64,000 nucleotides of DNA from Albugo candida (Eukaryota). The notes below the pieces were generated by a model. The model did no database searches. It worked only from the letters and a program-made list of their open reading frames with translations, and had not been told where the DNA came from. The translations under genes were made by a program, and so were the position numbers. Numbering within the stretch: position 1 is the stretch's first letter; the number at the start of each line of letters is the position of its first letter. This document shows, one piece after another, positions 24,696 to 34,433 of this stretch. The DNA is taken from positions 124,001 to 188,000 of the forward strand of contig JBDOQK010000034.1 of assembly GCA_040437565.1 (NCBI GenBank). Direction: 5' to 3'.

Positions 24696-25201
24696 GAAAC
24701 ACCTTGATGACAATAGATCAGTACTTTGCTTGCTGGAGTCTGCTTCGCTTTGTCGATGAATTGCATCACAATATGGAAAAACGGAGTCAGAATTTCTTCC
24801 ATATTGTCCTCTAATGCGAGTCGAAGCCGAACAAACGAATTTCCATCGTCGTTGTCAGCGTCCAATTCCGAACAGCAGCTGATAACGTGCGAAATTCCCA
24901 TTTCACAAAGCCGCATGACGTCTTTCGCCACAGTGAAATTACTCACATACAAAAATGCAGGAAGTATCTCACTGCAGACATCCTCGTGTTCCAACAAGAC
25001 AGAGGCCTTTCGAGCGCTTTCGGATGCTTGAAGGATGCCACTTTGATAATGCAAATCGACTTTATCCAGTGAGAGAAGCTCCTTCTGAGCCACATGAAGA
25101 TTCTCTCGAACGTCAAAGGCGGTTGTCTTTTGTCTTTCGGTCGAGTTGTTTGGGAGGATGCTGTCGTAAAAAGTCTTCCCACGTGCTGCAGCATTCCCCA
25201 T
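23777..25201 (-). CDS. Dual-specificity (MAPK) phosphatase with gelsolin-like C-terminus, plant MKP1-like
   Basis: CSEILPAFLYV, catalytic YCHQGVSRS, CNPNAAFTCQL, FRLAPHAAHD, gelsolin-like FLWIG and DGRETDAFW. The probable start is MGNAAA at 25201. Confidence 0.87.
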   Translation of the reverse strand: MGNAAARGKTFYDSILPNNSTERQKTTAFDVRENLHVAQKELLSLDKVDLHYQSGILQASESARKASVLLEHEDVCSEILPAFLYVSNFTVAKDVMRLCEMGISHVISCCSELDADNDDGNSFVRLRLALEDNMEEILTPFFHIVMQFIDKAKQTPASKVLIYCHQGVSRSCALAIAYVMYTNDSDYQDSADIVKKKRAICNPNAAFTCQLMEWQREVARIRDVRHNRLSNAEAMLFRLAPHAAHDANCWLLKPCLYPNSRKQICSQMDGPNQANASIPFTRGVYCILETQQVTVTIYSSSNCVISNPHAKARQLLEPILATYYREKRHEIRLHFIQDQVNAKENAAVQRFTPFLRDELYQYDLELEWFQRPTITKESKVSHQRSSLSQLFVLESNWEQVSDYDVNDLRSETAAIIMDAKICFLWIGAQCCHPIMKLCNDTTEYCTEYGITSPMIIQHDGRETDAFWSVFERGY

Positions 25202-25285
25202 CGTTGATATAAATAGACAAAAATACATCAAAGGATTTTTATTACGTTGCATACATCATTGTACCTGTCCAACATCTACAACACA

Positions 25286-26293
25286 TTAACTGATTCGGTA
25301 GCGATTGATTTGTACCTCCTCACCGATATCCACATAGTTTCCTTTGACTCGTTCCATCAGAAATTCCAGCCATACAATCGGTCGATAATGCGGTTCTTCT
25401 CCATTGACGCTGATCGGTTCGATGGTGGAATTCATGAACGGATGGTAAAAGTAAGGTGCAGAGTATCTATCTTTCTTCTCAGTGGACAGCACGCGATGCA
25501 TCGGAGCACGATACTTGTCATTCGACCATACTTGCATCATATCACCCAAATTGACAATAAATGTATTCTGAATCGGCGGGACTGGGACCCAAGTGCTAGA
25601 ATCCGGATGGTATACTTGCAGAGCCGAGATAGCATCATCTTGCAAAAGTATTGTGACGGCGCCAAGATCGGTATGTGGATGAACTCCCAGAGCCGTGCTT
25701 GTGTTTGACGAAATCGGATAATGGTTCAGTCGCAAAGTGCTGCTATTCCCTGAACAAAAATCGATTGGATCCTGCACTCCAAAAAACTTGTCGAAAAAAT
25801 CGAAAGGCTGACCAAGACCAACGGCAAGCATCATGCAGATCCTTCGAGCAATGTTCTCCATTATCAAATTCATCTGGATGACTCGCTTTCTAAAATTTGG
25901 AATCAACTCGTCCGGAGGCCATTGATTATGAAAATTACTTGGAGATGGCTGTCTTTCCAAAAACTGCGCGTAATCAAACATTTCTTTCCAATCAACGACG
26001 TTTCTCGTGAGTTCTGCATCGAAATATCCTGTCGGATTGGTTTCTTTCCGTCGGATGACATTCTTCACATCTTGTGGCAAAGCGAAGAAAGTTTTCATTG
26101 TATCTTGCAAGCCTTGTAAGAGCTCTGGTGCAACTCCGTGATTTTCAATGTAGAAAAACCCGCATTCTTCGGCAGCATTTGCGATTAGCTGTACTGTGTC
26201 ATCCAAGCTTGCAATATTCTCTTGCACACTTTGATCGTCTTTGCATTGCATCAACTTGCCAATATCCACAGTCCGCACAATTGGAGTCGTCAT
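25286..26293 (-). CDS. 2-oxoglutarate/Fe(II) dioxygenase (DIOX_N + 2OG-FeII_Oxy)
   Basis: GFFYIENHGV, DWKEMF, LRLNHYP, HTD, NLGDMMQVWSN, HRV, RYS. Intronless. Confidence 0.93.
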   Translation of the reverse strand: MTTPIVRTVDIGKLMQCKDDQSVQENIASLDDTVQLIANAAEECGFFYIENHGVAPELLQGLQDTMKTFFALPQDVKNVIRRKETNPTGYFDAELTRNVVDWKEMFDYAQFLERQPSPSNFHNQWPPDELIPNFRKRVIQMNLIMENIARRICMMLAVGLGQPFDFFDKFFGVQDPIDFCSGNSSTLRLNHYPISSNTSTALGVHPHTDLGAVTILLQDDAISALQVYHPDSSTWVPVPPIQNTFIVNLGDMMQVWSNDKYRAPMHRVLSTEKKDRYSAPYFYHPFMNSTIEPISVNGEEPHYRPIVWLEFLMERVKGNYVDIGEEVQINRYRIS

Positions 26294-26702
26294 AATTCAA
26301 ACGTTAATTGCAGCAATTGCTTGATTGAATTGTGGAAAGACGAGTGAGATCCAGAAATAGGGTGCACGCCTCGAGTTGACAATACCCTCTATATTCCGAT
26401 CTTCAACTAAGAATTGATAGATACAATTCATGATGATTGCTGTCAATACCTGTCAAAACGTATACAATGCAACAACGGCAACTTCCGTTGGAAAACAGAA
26501 TCAGTTAAAAGTGACAGCTGTTGAAAGCATGTCACAAGCACATCACCAAACTGTAGCTTTACTTTCGGTCTTTTATCCTTCCCGCTCTCTATATCATTCA
26601 GTTTTTCCTAAATCCGCGCTGTAAAAGTGACGTTGTCGTATACAGCGGATCTTGAAAAATGACTTTCAACGCAAGTGCAATCGATGATAAAACACTTAAC
26701 TG

Positions 26703-28961
26703 TTATCGCCTATGGAAACAGTCGAAAAATTCGAGCATGTCGTCATCAATCTGCGGGTCAATTTTAACCAGTGCTTGGTCAAAATGACGCATTTCCACAT
26801 GTTTTGCGTTTCTATTTTCTGTAATTGCAGTCATTGCCGCCTCTCTGCATAACGCAGCCAATTCAGCACCTGAAAAATTAGCTGTCTTGACTGCAAGATC
26901 GTGAAAATTCACATTTGGATCGATTGGCATGCGGCGAGAATGGATGGTCAGAATCGATTCTCGCGCTTGTACATCAGGTGGACCGACATATAATATCCTA
27001 TCAATCCTGCCTGGTCGCATCAACGCTTTATCGATGAGATCCGGGCGATTTGTTGCTGCTACAATCACAACTTGCTGAAGCGGTTCGATACCATCGAGCT
27101 CGGTTAGAAGCTGACTGATGACCCGTGAAGACACTTGCGATCCGCTTTGTTGGGTTGATCGTTGCGCTGCAATTGCATCAAATTCATCGAAAAATATGAT
27201 ACTAGGGGAAGCCGCACGCGCTTTTTTGAAAAGAGACTGAATGGCTTTCTCTGATTCTCCGACCCATTTGCTGAATAGCTCGGGACCTTTAACGGCTAAG
27301 AAATTCATGCAACTTTCGGTCGCAAGTGCTTTGGCTGTCATTGTTTTGCTACACCCTGGAGGCCCATAGAGCAGCACACCTTTGGGAGGACGAATACCCA
27401 TGCGAATGAAAGCTTCTGGATGCGTGAGTGGCCATTCTACAACTTCTTTAAGCTGCTGCTTGATGCTTTCTTGCCCACCAATTTCATGCCAAAATACTTT
27501 TGGAACGTCCACAATAATTTCCTGTATTGCACTTGGTCGTGTTTTCTGTGATGCTTCTTGCAAATCGGAAAATGTGACACGAAAATCTTTGATTGAGAAT
27601 GAGAATGAGTCAAGCCAGGCACGTTTGCTGGTCGTTTTGTCGATGGTACAAGCACGACGAAATGCTGATAATGATGCTTCCTTGCATACTGCACTGAGAT
27701 CAGCACCCACATATCCGTGAGCTTGACTGGACAGCTGGAAGACTTGATCGGAGGTGAGGGAATGACGAATAGAAGAAAGGATGATTTTCAGTATTTCAAG
27801 TCGTTTGTGTGCATTTGGTACTGGAATTTCAATTTCTCGATCTAGACGACCTGACCGACGAAGTGCAGGATCTAAAGCATTTGGACGATTTGTAGCTGCC
27901 AGAATTATCATTTGCGTTTGGTTTTTCGAATCAATTCCATCCATTGCTGTCAGAAACGTCGTCACAAGTCTTCTCTCCAAATCAGAGCTTCGATCATGTC
28001 GTTTTGGACAGAGTACATCGATTTCGTCGATGAAGAGGATGGACGGGGTATTTTGTAAAGCTAATTTGAATATTCCACGCACTCGAGCTTCATTTTCTCC
28101 AATAGTATGTGTGATGAGCTCGGGACCATTAATGGTGTAAAAGGAAGCTTTAAATTCGGCAGCCACTGCTTTCGCAAGCAGCGTTTTACCAGTACCGGGT
28201 GAGCCAAACAGAAGAATCCCTTTTGGAGGAGGAAGACCATGATCTGTGAAAAATTGAGGACTGTACAATGAGCTTTCGATTACTTGACGAATCGCTGAAA
28301 TCTGTTCATTGAGTCCTCCGATTTTAGAAAAGCCCAGACGCTCATGAGATGGCGTCGTTGACGGTATCGAATCCTCATCCAGCATAATCGAAATTTTGGT
28401 CTTTTTATTCACTTTGTAAAGCTTATGAGAAGCTTTTTTGCTCGTGTCATTGGAAGCCGCCGTCAGCGATTGCACGCGACATTGTATCCGTTTACCAAAG
28501 AGCGGAATACAAATTATAGATCCGTGGAAAAAGTACATTTGAAGCGTCATGGAATGAAGATATTTTATCAAGAAAGCTTTGTATTCTCTCAATTTCTCCA
28601 AATCCAAGGTGGAATCGATTTTGATTTCAGCGAATGTCGCGCAATGTAATGCGATGTTTTCATTCTGCGCGTTGACAGCCTCTAGTGTGACTCTTTGTGG
28701 AAGTGTGGTGGTGTCTTCCCATACAGCGCTTATCCCAACAGAGGAAGGCTTGAGTGATGGCAATGGCCATGCAATTCCGCTTGCAAAAAATTTCGCTTCG
28801 TTTACGTTTTGATTTATTTTTTTCAATAAAATTAGTGTGCCACTATCAAATGGTAATTTCTTGAGGTCTTTGGGGTTGAGATATATCCTGGAAAGTGTCG
28901 AATTGTTCTCAGCATTTGATCGAAAGAAGTGGATGGCAAACGTTTTCTCATTGGAAGCCAT
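26703..28961 (-). CDS. AFG2: Double-AAA ATPase AFG2/SPATA5 (Drg1), 60S biogenesis
   Basis: Two AAA modules, GSPGTGKT and GPPGCSKT. The second Walker A and [16 protein letters not shown] are typical of AFG2/SPATA5. Confidence 0.85.
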   Translation of the reverse strand: MASNEKTFAIHFFRSNAENNSTLSRIYLNPKDLKKLPFDSGTLILLKKINQNVNEAKFFASGIAWPLPSLKPSSVGISAVWEDTTTLPQRVTLEAVNAQNENIALHCATFAEIKIDSTLDLEKLREYKAFLIKYLHSMTLQMYFFHGSIICIPLFGKRIQCRVQSLTAASNDTSKKASHKLYKVNKKTKISIMLDEDSIPSTTPSHERLGFSKIGGLNEQISAIRQVIESSLYSPQFFTDHGLPPPKGILLFGSPGTGKTLLAKAVAAEFKASFYTINGPELITHTIGENEARVRGIFKLALQNTPSILFIDEIDVLCPKRHDRSSDLERRLVTTFLTAMDGIDSKNQTQMIILAATNRPNALDPALRRSGRLDREIEIPVPNAHKRLEILKIILSSIRHSLTSDQVFQLSSQAHGYVGADLSAVCKEASLSAFRRACTIDKTTSKRAWLDSFSFSIKDFRVTFSDLQEASQKTRPSAIQEIIVDVPKVFWHEIGGQESIKQQLKEVVEWPLTHPEAFIRMGIRPPKGVLLYGPPGCSKTMTAKALATESCMNFLAVKGPELFSKWVGESEKAIQSLFKKARAASPSIIFFDEFDAIAAQRSTQQSGSQVSSRVISQLLTELDGIEPLQQVVIVAATNRPDLIDKALMRPGRIDRILYVGPPDVQARESILTIHSRRMPIDPNVNFHDLAVKTANFSGAELAALCREAAMTAITENRNAKHVEMRHFDQALVKIDPQIDDDMLEFFDCFHRR

Positions 28962-29377
28962 TCCAATTTGCTCGATACGGATTGGGTAAAATTACTATGA
29001 TCCATTCTGAATTGGTGGAAATCATTTGCTTTCACCTTTATAAGGCAATCTTCAGCCAGTGTCTCGTTTTGAATCGCTGCTGGAAGAGTGAGAGGTTAGA
29101 GAGTGTGACTTTTTTTGATCGAATGGTCCTCAACTCGCAATCTAGCTCTAGTTGGTCTTGATCCTGCTGCAAAAAGTAGAAAGTATCATGAGCTTTATGG
29201 TATAATATAGTATAAGTCTTATCAGCCTTGTAAGGCTTCATGCGCTTCCTGTTGCTCAAAGACCGTCAGATCTTCACAAGGCTCTTCCAAAGCGCATCTC
29301 GTGTCACAAAGCCGACGAGACGGATCAACTATGATTCCTCGGTCGTGTGTGCTATTTTGAGCCTCTCCACACAATCG

Positions 29378-30653
29378 ATGTCGTCACGCTTGATTGAGGC
29401 CAAATTTCGAGCTTTGGATGAGGCTATTGAAGGAATGTATAAATCCAAACAAGTTGCGCCAGAAGCTTTTCGAAAGGCTTTTTCGCGACATCGCAACATT
29501 CATTTAAATCGTCTTCCGAATTCAACGCTGAATTCTACGAGAGCCGATAGTCAACGTCCAGAGCGACCAAAGAGTAGCTCATGGTCCCGAGAAGGCAACT
29601 TGAAAGTCGGAGGACCAGCCTCACCTCTGATTGAAAGCGCACGCAATTTACCAAAACGATGCACTTCTGCTGGTCAGAGGAAAGCTATAAAGAATTGGTT
29701 CGCACCCAGCTCCAACAATACACCATCAATGAGCTCGCCAATAGTAAAACCAAAAACCGTCATTGAAGCGTTCCGTTCATCAGAACTCAACGATTCCATA
29801 ACGATATCACATGACCACCCAATATCAGACCCTTCCTTCTACCATTTTGAGATCCGTCTGGACCATCCACGTAATTTACAAGGTTGGCTGTTTCATGGGC
29901 GCTTCACCGATACTAGCGATCCAAAGAAGCCGACTGTAGAGCTCTGGAACCTTGAGGTACTATCCAAATAACACTCTGCCCCACTCACTTGAATCTTGTC
30001 CAGGTTGATGAGTATAATTTCGTGAAATTTCATGATCGATTTTTAACGCAAAACTTTTTCGATCCATTCCGATACTTTACGCACATCAAAAGCAACGAGC
30101 AAGTACGAACACCAACTCCCTTCCATTGCGCGGCCGCTGAGGTCTGTTCTTGTAGTTGTATATGCATGAATTGCACGTGGAGCTTTACGCTACGTCACCC
30201 GTCCGTCATCGCGTCGTGGATACGATCATTTCCTTTACGCACGAAAAAGACATTCATTCATCACGCATCGATTTTGATCAAATTACATCCACGGTACAGT
30301 CAAACCGGTATGGGGTGAATAGGAACCAAGATGCGCACATTGAAATCACTGAGGACGAACAAGACAGTATTGGCGAATGCGCAGAGATTGTGATTGGTGA
30401 ATGCTCATCGAATGTGATTCGTGAACATACCGTCCATCATCCTGTGCAAAAGAGCACAGTATTCTCGATTGAGGAGGCAAAACTTGAGCTTGTCAAAATG
30501 CGCAATAGTATAAAGGTACGGTACCCTTTAGAAAGAAGAATTCTGATTGGTGCAAAAGCAATCATTGTTAGACGAGCGAACTCGCATTCAGCGTGCTTAT
30601 TTGTAATTGGTTGCTTTCCAGCCAATCAGGAAGATATCAATTGCTCGTTCTAA
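29378..30653 (+). CDS. Hypothetical protein, at least 3 exons; 3' end uncertain
   Basis: ORFs 29240, 29989 and 30156 join in frame via GT-AG introns (LE|VDEY and EQ|LYMH). No family recognised. Confidence 0.6.
30546..30626. promoter_or_regulatory. Cluster of three CCAAT boxes upstream of NF-YC
   Basis: ATTGG at 30546 (reverse reads CACCAATCAG), ATTGG at 30606, and AGCCAATCAG with its core at 30622. Confidence 0.45.
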
Positions 30654-30698
30654 AAGGCGATCTGGAAGCTCGGCGGAAACGAAACTGGAACGTGAAAA

Positions 30699-31218
30699 AT
30701 GGAAAATCAGATTGTTGAAATGACGGAAGCTGAACATGCACAGCATCATATCCAACTAGAGCAACAACTCAAGACTTTTTGGACAAAACAACTCGCTCAA
30801 GTACGAGTACGATGTTTACAAGTAACATTAACTCACTTGTGTTCGTTTTCAGATGGAACAGCTCGAAGTCGGTAGTGAACAAGGTAAAAAAAATTTTATG
30901 GAGGCTCCAATTTTTTCAAATCTGTTCGAAATGGCCCGAATTTCTGAGAGTGTTTTTGTGTCAGATTTCAAGAATCACAATGATCTCCCACTTGCACGGA
31001 TCAAGAGAATCATGAAATCAGACGAAGATGTTCGTATGATTAGTGCTGAAGCTCCTGTTCTTTTTGCAAAAGCGTGCGAGATGTTTATACTAGAGCTCAC
31101 ATTGCGCTCATGGAGTTATTCGGAACGCAACAAACGACGCACACTCCAGAAAGAAGACATCCAAACGGCGATTCGAAACACGGATATATTTGATTTTCTG
31201 GTCGACGTCATAAATTAA
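30699..31218 (+). CDS. NFYC: Nuclear transcription factor Y subunit C (HAP5)
   Basis: [61 protein letters not shown]. Two introns. Confidence 0.96.
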
Positions 31219-31305
31219 GAAATAGTACAGCACAACGTGAAGAAATCCAAAATTACTGATCGCGTCCAACTGTGTTTCCATCTTCTCGCAGATTATACAA
31301 TCAAG

Positions 31306-32052
31306 TCACTGACCTGAAACTGCATCGCGCTCGTTCTGTTTCACCATATCTCCATCAATTTTAGCCACTTGTGGAATCCTTGTCAGCACATTGAGTCGCT
31401 GTTCTTCTTTGGAAAGGTTTTCGTAAATCGGGTTACCGGTAAACAAAACGTCACGGAGTTTCGGTAACGCGGCCAATTTGTCCAATTCCTCCCAGTTTTT
31501 GATCTGATTGTTGGACACATACAGTGTTGTCAAATGCGTTAAACCCGATAAGCCATCCAGCGTCGCAATCAGATTGTACGAAAGCCACAATTCTTCCAAA
31601 GTTTCTGCAAAATCATCCAATTTCTCAATTTTCTTGATCTGATTTCTACCCAACGATAAAATTCGGAGCTTTTTCATGCCGGAGAGCGGAATAAATCGAT
31701 CGATGCAATTCGTCGATAAGGAAAGATGTCTATCACATTTCACAGTGTCCAGACAAACAAGTAACATTTCATGTCGTAATATCTATTATGACAGGTCTTT
31801 CGTACTCGCAGTTCTTCAACGCGTTAAGCGAAGTATCGAGTTTATTGATAGGAGGAAGCTGACAGTACAACTTGATGGCGATAGCGTCCTCTGCGACCGC
31901 GCTGTTCTTCGCCTCCTACAAGCTATCAGATACACTTTCAAAGCTCTTTCCACACAAAACGCACCCAATTTTTAATGGCTTGCGCGCATGTCGTCTACAA
32001 ACACACTCATTAAAGCTCACAATTACAAGAGTAATCAATTTCCGCGCACCAT
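31306..32052 (-). CDS. DNAL1: Dynein axonemal light chain 1 (LC1, LRR)
   Basis: Spliced M|TTCAQAIKNW|EAK...IKLYCQLPPINKLD, HLSLSTNCI, ILSLGRNQIKKIE, LEELWLSYN. Confidence 0.94.
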
Positions 32053-32104
32053 AAGATCACTTCAACTCTTGAATTTTTTATTTATAGAAAGCAACTGTGA
32101 CTCT

Positions 32105-33766
32105 TCAACTGCAATCTTTCCCGCACTTTGTGCTCCGGTAAATCGCCGAATCAACACGTTTTATATGCGGTTTCACAAGATCAATCGATGCGTCGATATA
32201 TTCGCATAATAAGCTCAATAAGTGCTCATAAGGAGCATGGTAACAATCTCGCAACACGCCCGAGTAATACGGATAAAAGAACGCCGTTTTCTCTTTTTTT
32301 GACCGACGACAAACTTGCTCGATGACCGCGTCGCTGTCGATACAAACGCCGCGCTCAAACTGACCGAAATACGCTCGCAAAGGGTGCAATTGAGGCTGAT
32401 TTTCAACGTCGCATTTTCCTTTTAGAGCTCCATAAATCGACCGCAGACTTGAAACATGATCATCAAAGTGTGGAGGAGGCGTATTTCGACTTTTCAAGAG
32501 CGCTTGTTGGCTAAAATCCAAAAAAGAGTTTAATTGCTCACGAGGAAAGCTCGTGACGGCCTCTTGGAAGCGTACGGGGAACGAATTTGACGCATGCACG
32601 TGCTCGTAAATCCATTTGTGCCAATTCGGACACATTCGAACTGCGACGATGAGATGCGCTGCAATTTCGGCGCTCGAACAAAGACATTCATTCTCGTTGT
32701 CGTCACTGAAACAGACGGCTTTATCGGGTACACTGAGATGCCCAATGAGCCACTGGAAATTTTGGAAGACGCCCGGCGGGAAGCCCAAATTGAGACAGAT
32801 ATGATGAGCGGCCATAGAGCTGTTGAGAGGCGGTAGATGAAGCTCCAAGTGATGTTGCAAGTAATTCGCGTGGAAAGAGATTTTCGCTGCATTGAACGTT
32901 TGTGAGAACCATACATTGGTGTCGAAAAACAATGCAGCATCATCAATAAGACAAGTGAGTTTTTGTGGGCATTTGGCGAGCAAATTGTGGTACGGAAGCT
33001 TTCCTTCCTTTATCCAGTATGTAAAATCATTCGGAAGGACTCCGGTGTGCAAAATGCGACTTGAGAGGTACAGTATACCGAGCAATGTTGCAAGTGAGAA
33101 ATGCTCCAATTTGGACCAGGATTTCGGAAGCAAGGTTGATCGTTCTTGATGACTAAGAGTATCGTCTATGTGGATAGAATCAATGCCCCCATCGCACTCC
33201 TTGGCGCTGTTCTGACTTCCGATAAAAAGCTCATCCCATTCAGCAAGCAGATCGTCCTGGACATCGGAAGGAGCAATTGGATTGGGTCGCTGGTCTCCAG
33301 TAAGTCGTTTCCTTCTCAGCCGCAACGTATCAATCTCTGTGAAGCACGTGAGCAGTGGTTTATCACTTTTACATCCCCAAGCGTCCAAAAATCGAAACCA
33401 AATGTGCTGAACAACAACGGCGTATTCTTTCGGAAAATCCAAATCCTTTATGAGCGCGTTTGCCTGATGTTCGAGGACGTATTGGACAGCTTGTAAGCAA
33501 TTTGTAAGCGTTGTCTCGTTTTCCGCTTGTTTACCAGTTTTTTGAACTTTTTGATCATGAGACACTCGTCGTCTCTTTTTGCTTCGTATCTTTTCAAGTG
33601 TTTTGACTTGTTGTGTGAAATCCACAGTCATATCTTCCATGTCCTGGGTCTCATTGCGACTCTCCTGGAAGGACTGTGTGCCACAAAGCTCGCAGACAAC
33701 TTCACCGACGTGATTGACGCTGAAATAAGCGTCGCCAATAGCCCCACAATTGACGCATTCCAACAT
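32105..33766 (-). CDS. RRN7: RNA polymerase I initiation factor RRN7/TAF1B-like
   Basis: N-terminal zinc ribbon CVNC...VCELCGTQ, then QxxLxxQ, IWFRFL, TLLGILYLS, LPNDFxxWIKEGKLPY. Confidence 0.75.
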   Translation of the reverse strand: MLECVNCGAIGDAYFSVNHVGEVVCELCGTQSFQESRNETQDMEDMTVDFTQQVKTLEKIRSKKRRRVSHDQKVQKTGKQAENETTLTNCLQAVQYVLEHQANALIKDLDFPKEYAVVVQHIWFRFLDAWGCKSDKPLLTCFTEIDTLRLRRKRLTGDQRPNPIAPSDVQDDLLAEWDELFIGSQNSAKECDGGIDSIHIDDTLSHQERSTLLPKSWSKLEHFSLATLLGILYLSSRILHTGVLPNDFTYWIKEGKLPYHNLLAKCPQKLTCLIDDAALFFDTNVWFSQTFNAAKISFHANYLQHHLELHLPPLNSSMAAHHICLNLGFPPGVFQNFQWLIGHLSVPDKAVCFSDDNENECLCSSAEIAAHLIVAVRMCPNWHKWIYEHVHASNSFPVRFQEAVTSFPREQLNSFLDFSQQALLKSRNTPPPHFDDHVSSLRSIYGALKGKCDVENQPQLHPLRAYFGQFERGVCIDSDAVIEQVCRRSKKEKTAFFYPYYSGVLRDCYHAPYEHLLSLLCEYIDASIDLVKPHIKRVDSAIYRSTKCGKDCS

Positions 33767-33995
33767 CGCTGCCCGCTCCCAAGCAATCAAACTGTTAAAT
33801 AGCAGTTATAACATTAGACAACGTTACGGGTTGGAAAGGCGTGCGTAATGACCGCCTCGGAAGCTCGTCAGAAAAGCATTGCTCTCGTGGGGGTATGAGT
33901 CAAGCAATTCTCATATGACCCTATAATTACTTTTTTCCACCGCGTATAGAGACACAGGCGAAAATTTAAAAGTGTGGTAAGCACTGAATATAAAA

Positions 33996-34225
33996 CCTCA
34001 GTCAGAAAAAGAGCTGCCAGTGCGCCCAGTTTATGGGACCAATACGATCGCCTGACTGTCNNNNNNNNNNNNNNNNNNNNNNNNNNNNNNNNNNNNNNNN
34101 NNNNNNNNNNNNNNNNNNNNNNNNNNNNNNNNNNNNNNNNNNNNNNNNNNNNNNNNNNNNCCTCAGTCAGAAAAAGAGCTGCCAGTGCGCCCAGTTTATG
34201 GGACCAATACGATCGCCTGACTGTC
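33996..34225. repeat. Direct repeat 33996-34060 / 34161-34225 across a 100-N gap
   Basis: cctcagtcag...ctgactgtc occurs on both sides of the gap. Confidence 0.9.
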
Positions 34226-34433
34226 AGTCCGTACTTTATTATACGGCATAGAAAGCCAGTACGATTCTGTGGGCCACAATTTGCAACGTGGCTGATCATT
34301 TGTATACAAAAATCAAGATATATATACTTCTCCTTTACTAAAAATATAGAATCGACTTTTAAATACTTGGAGATTCTTTTACCTGTTTGAAAATCATTTT
34401 ACAGCTCGATCGATCAGAAAATCAGTTTTCTTG

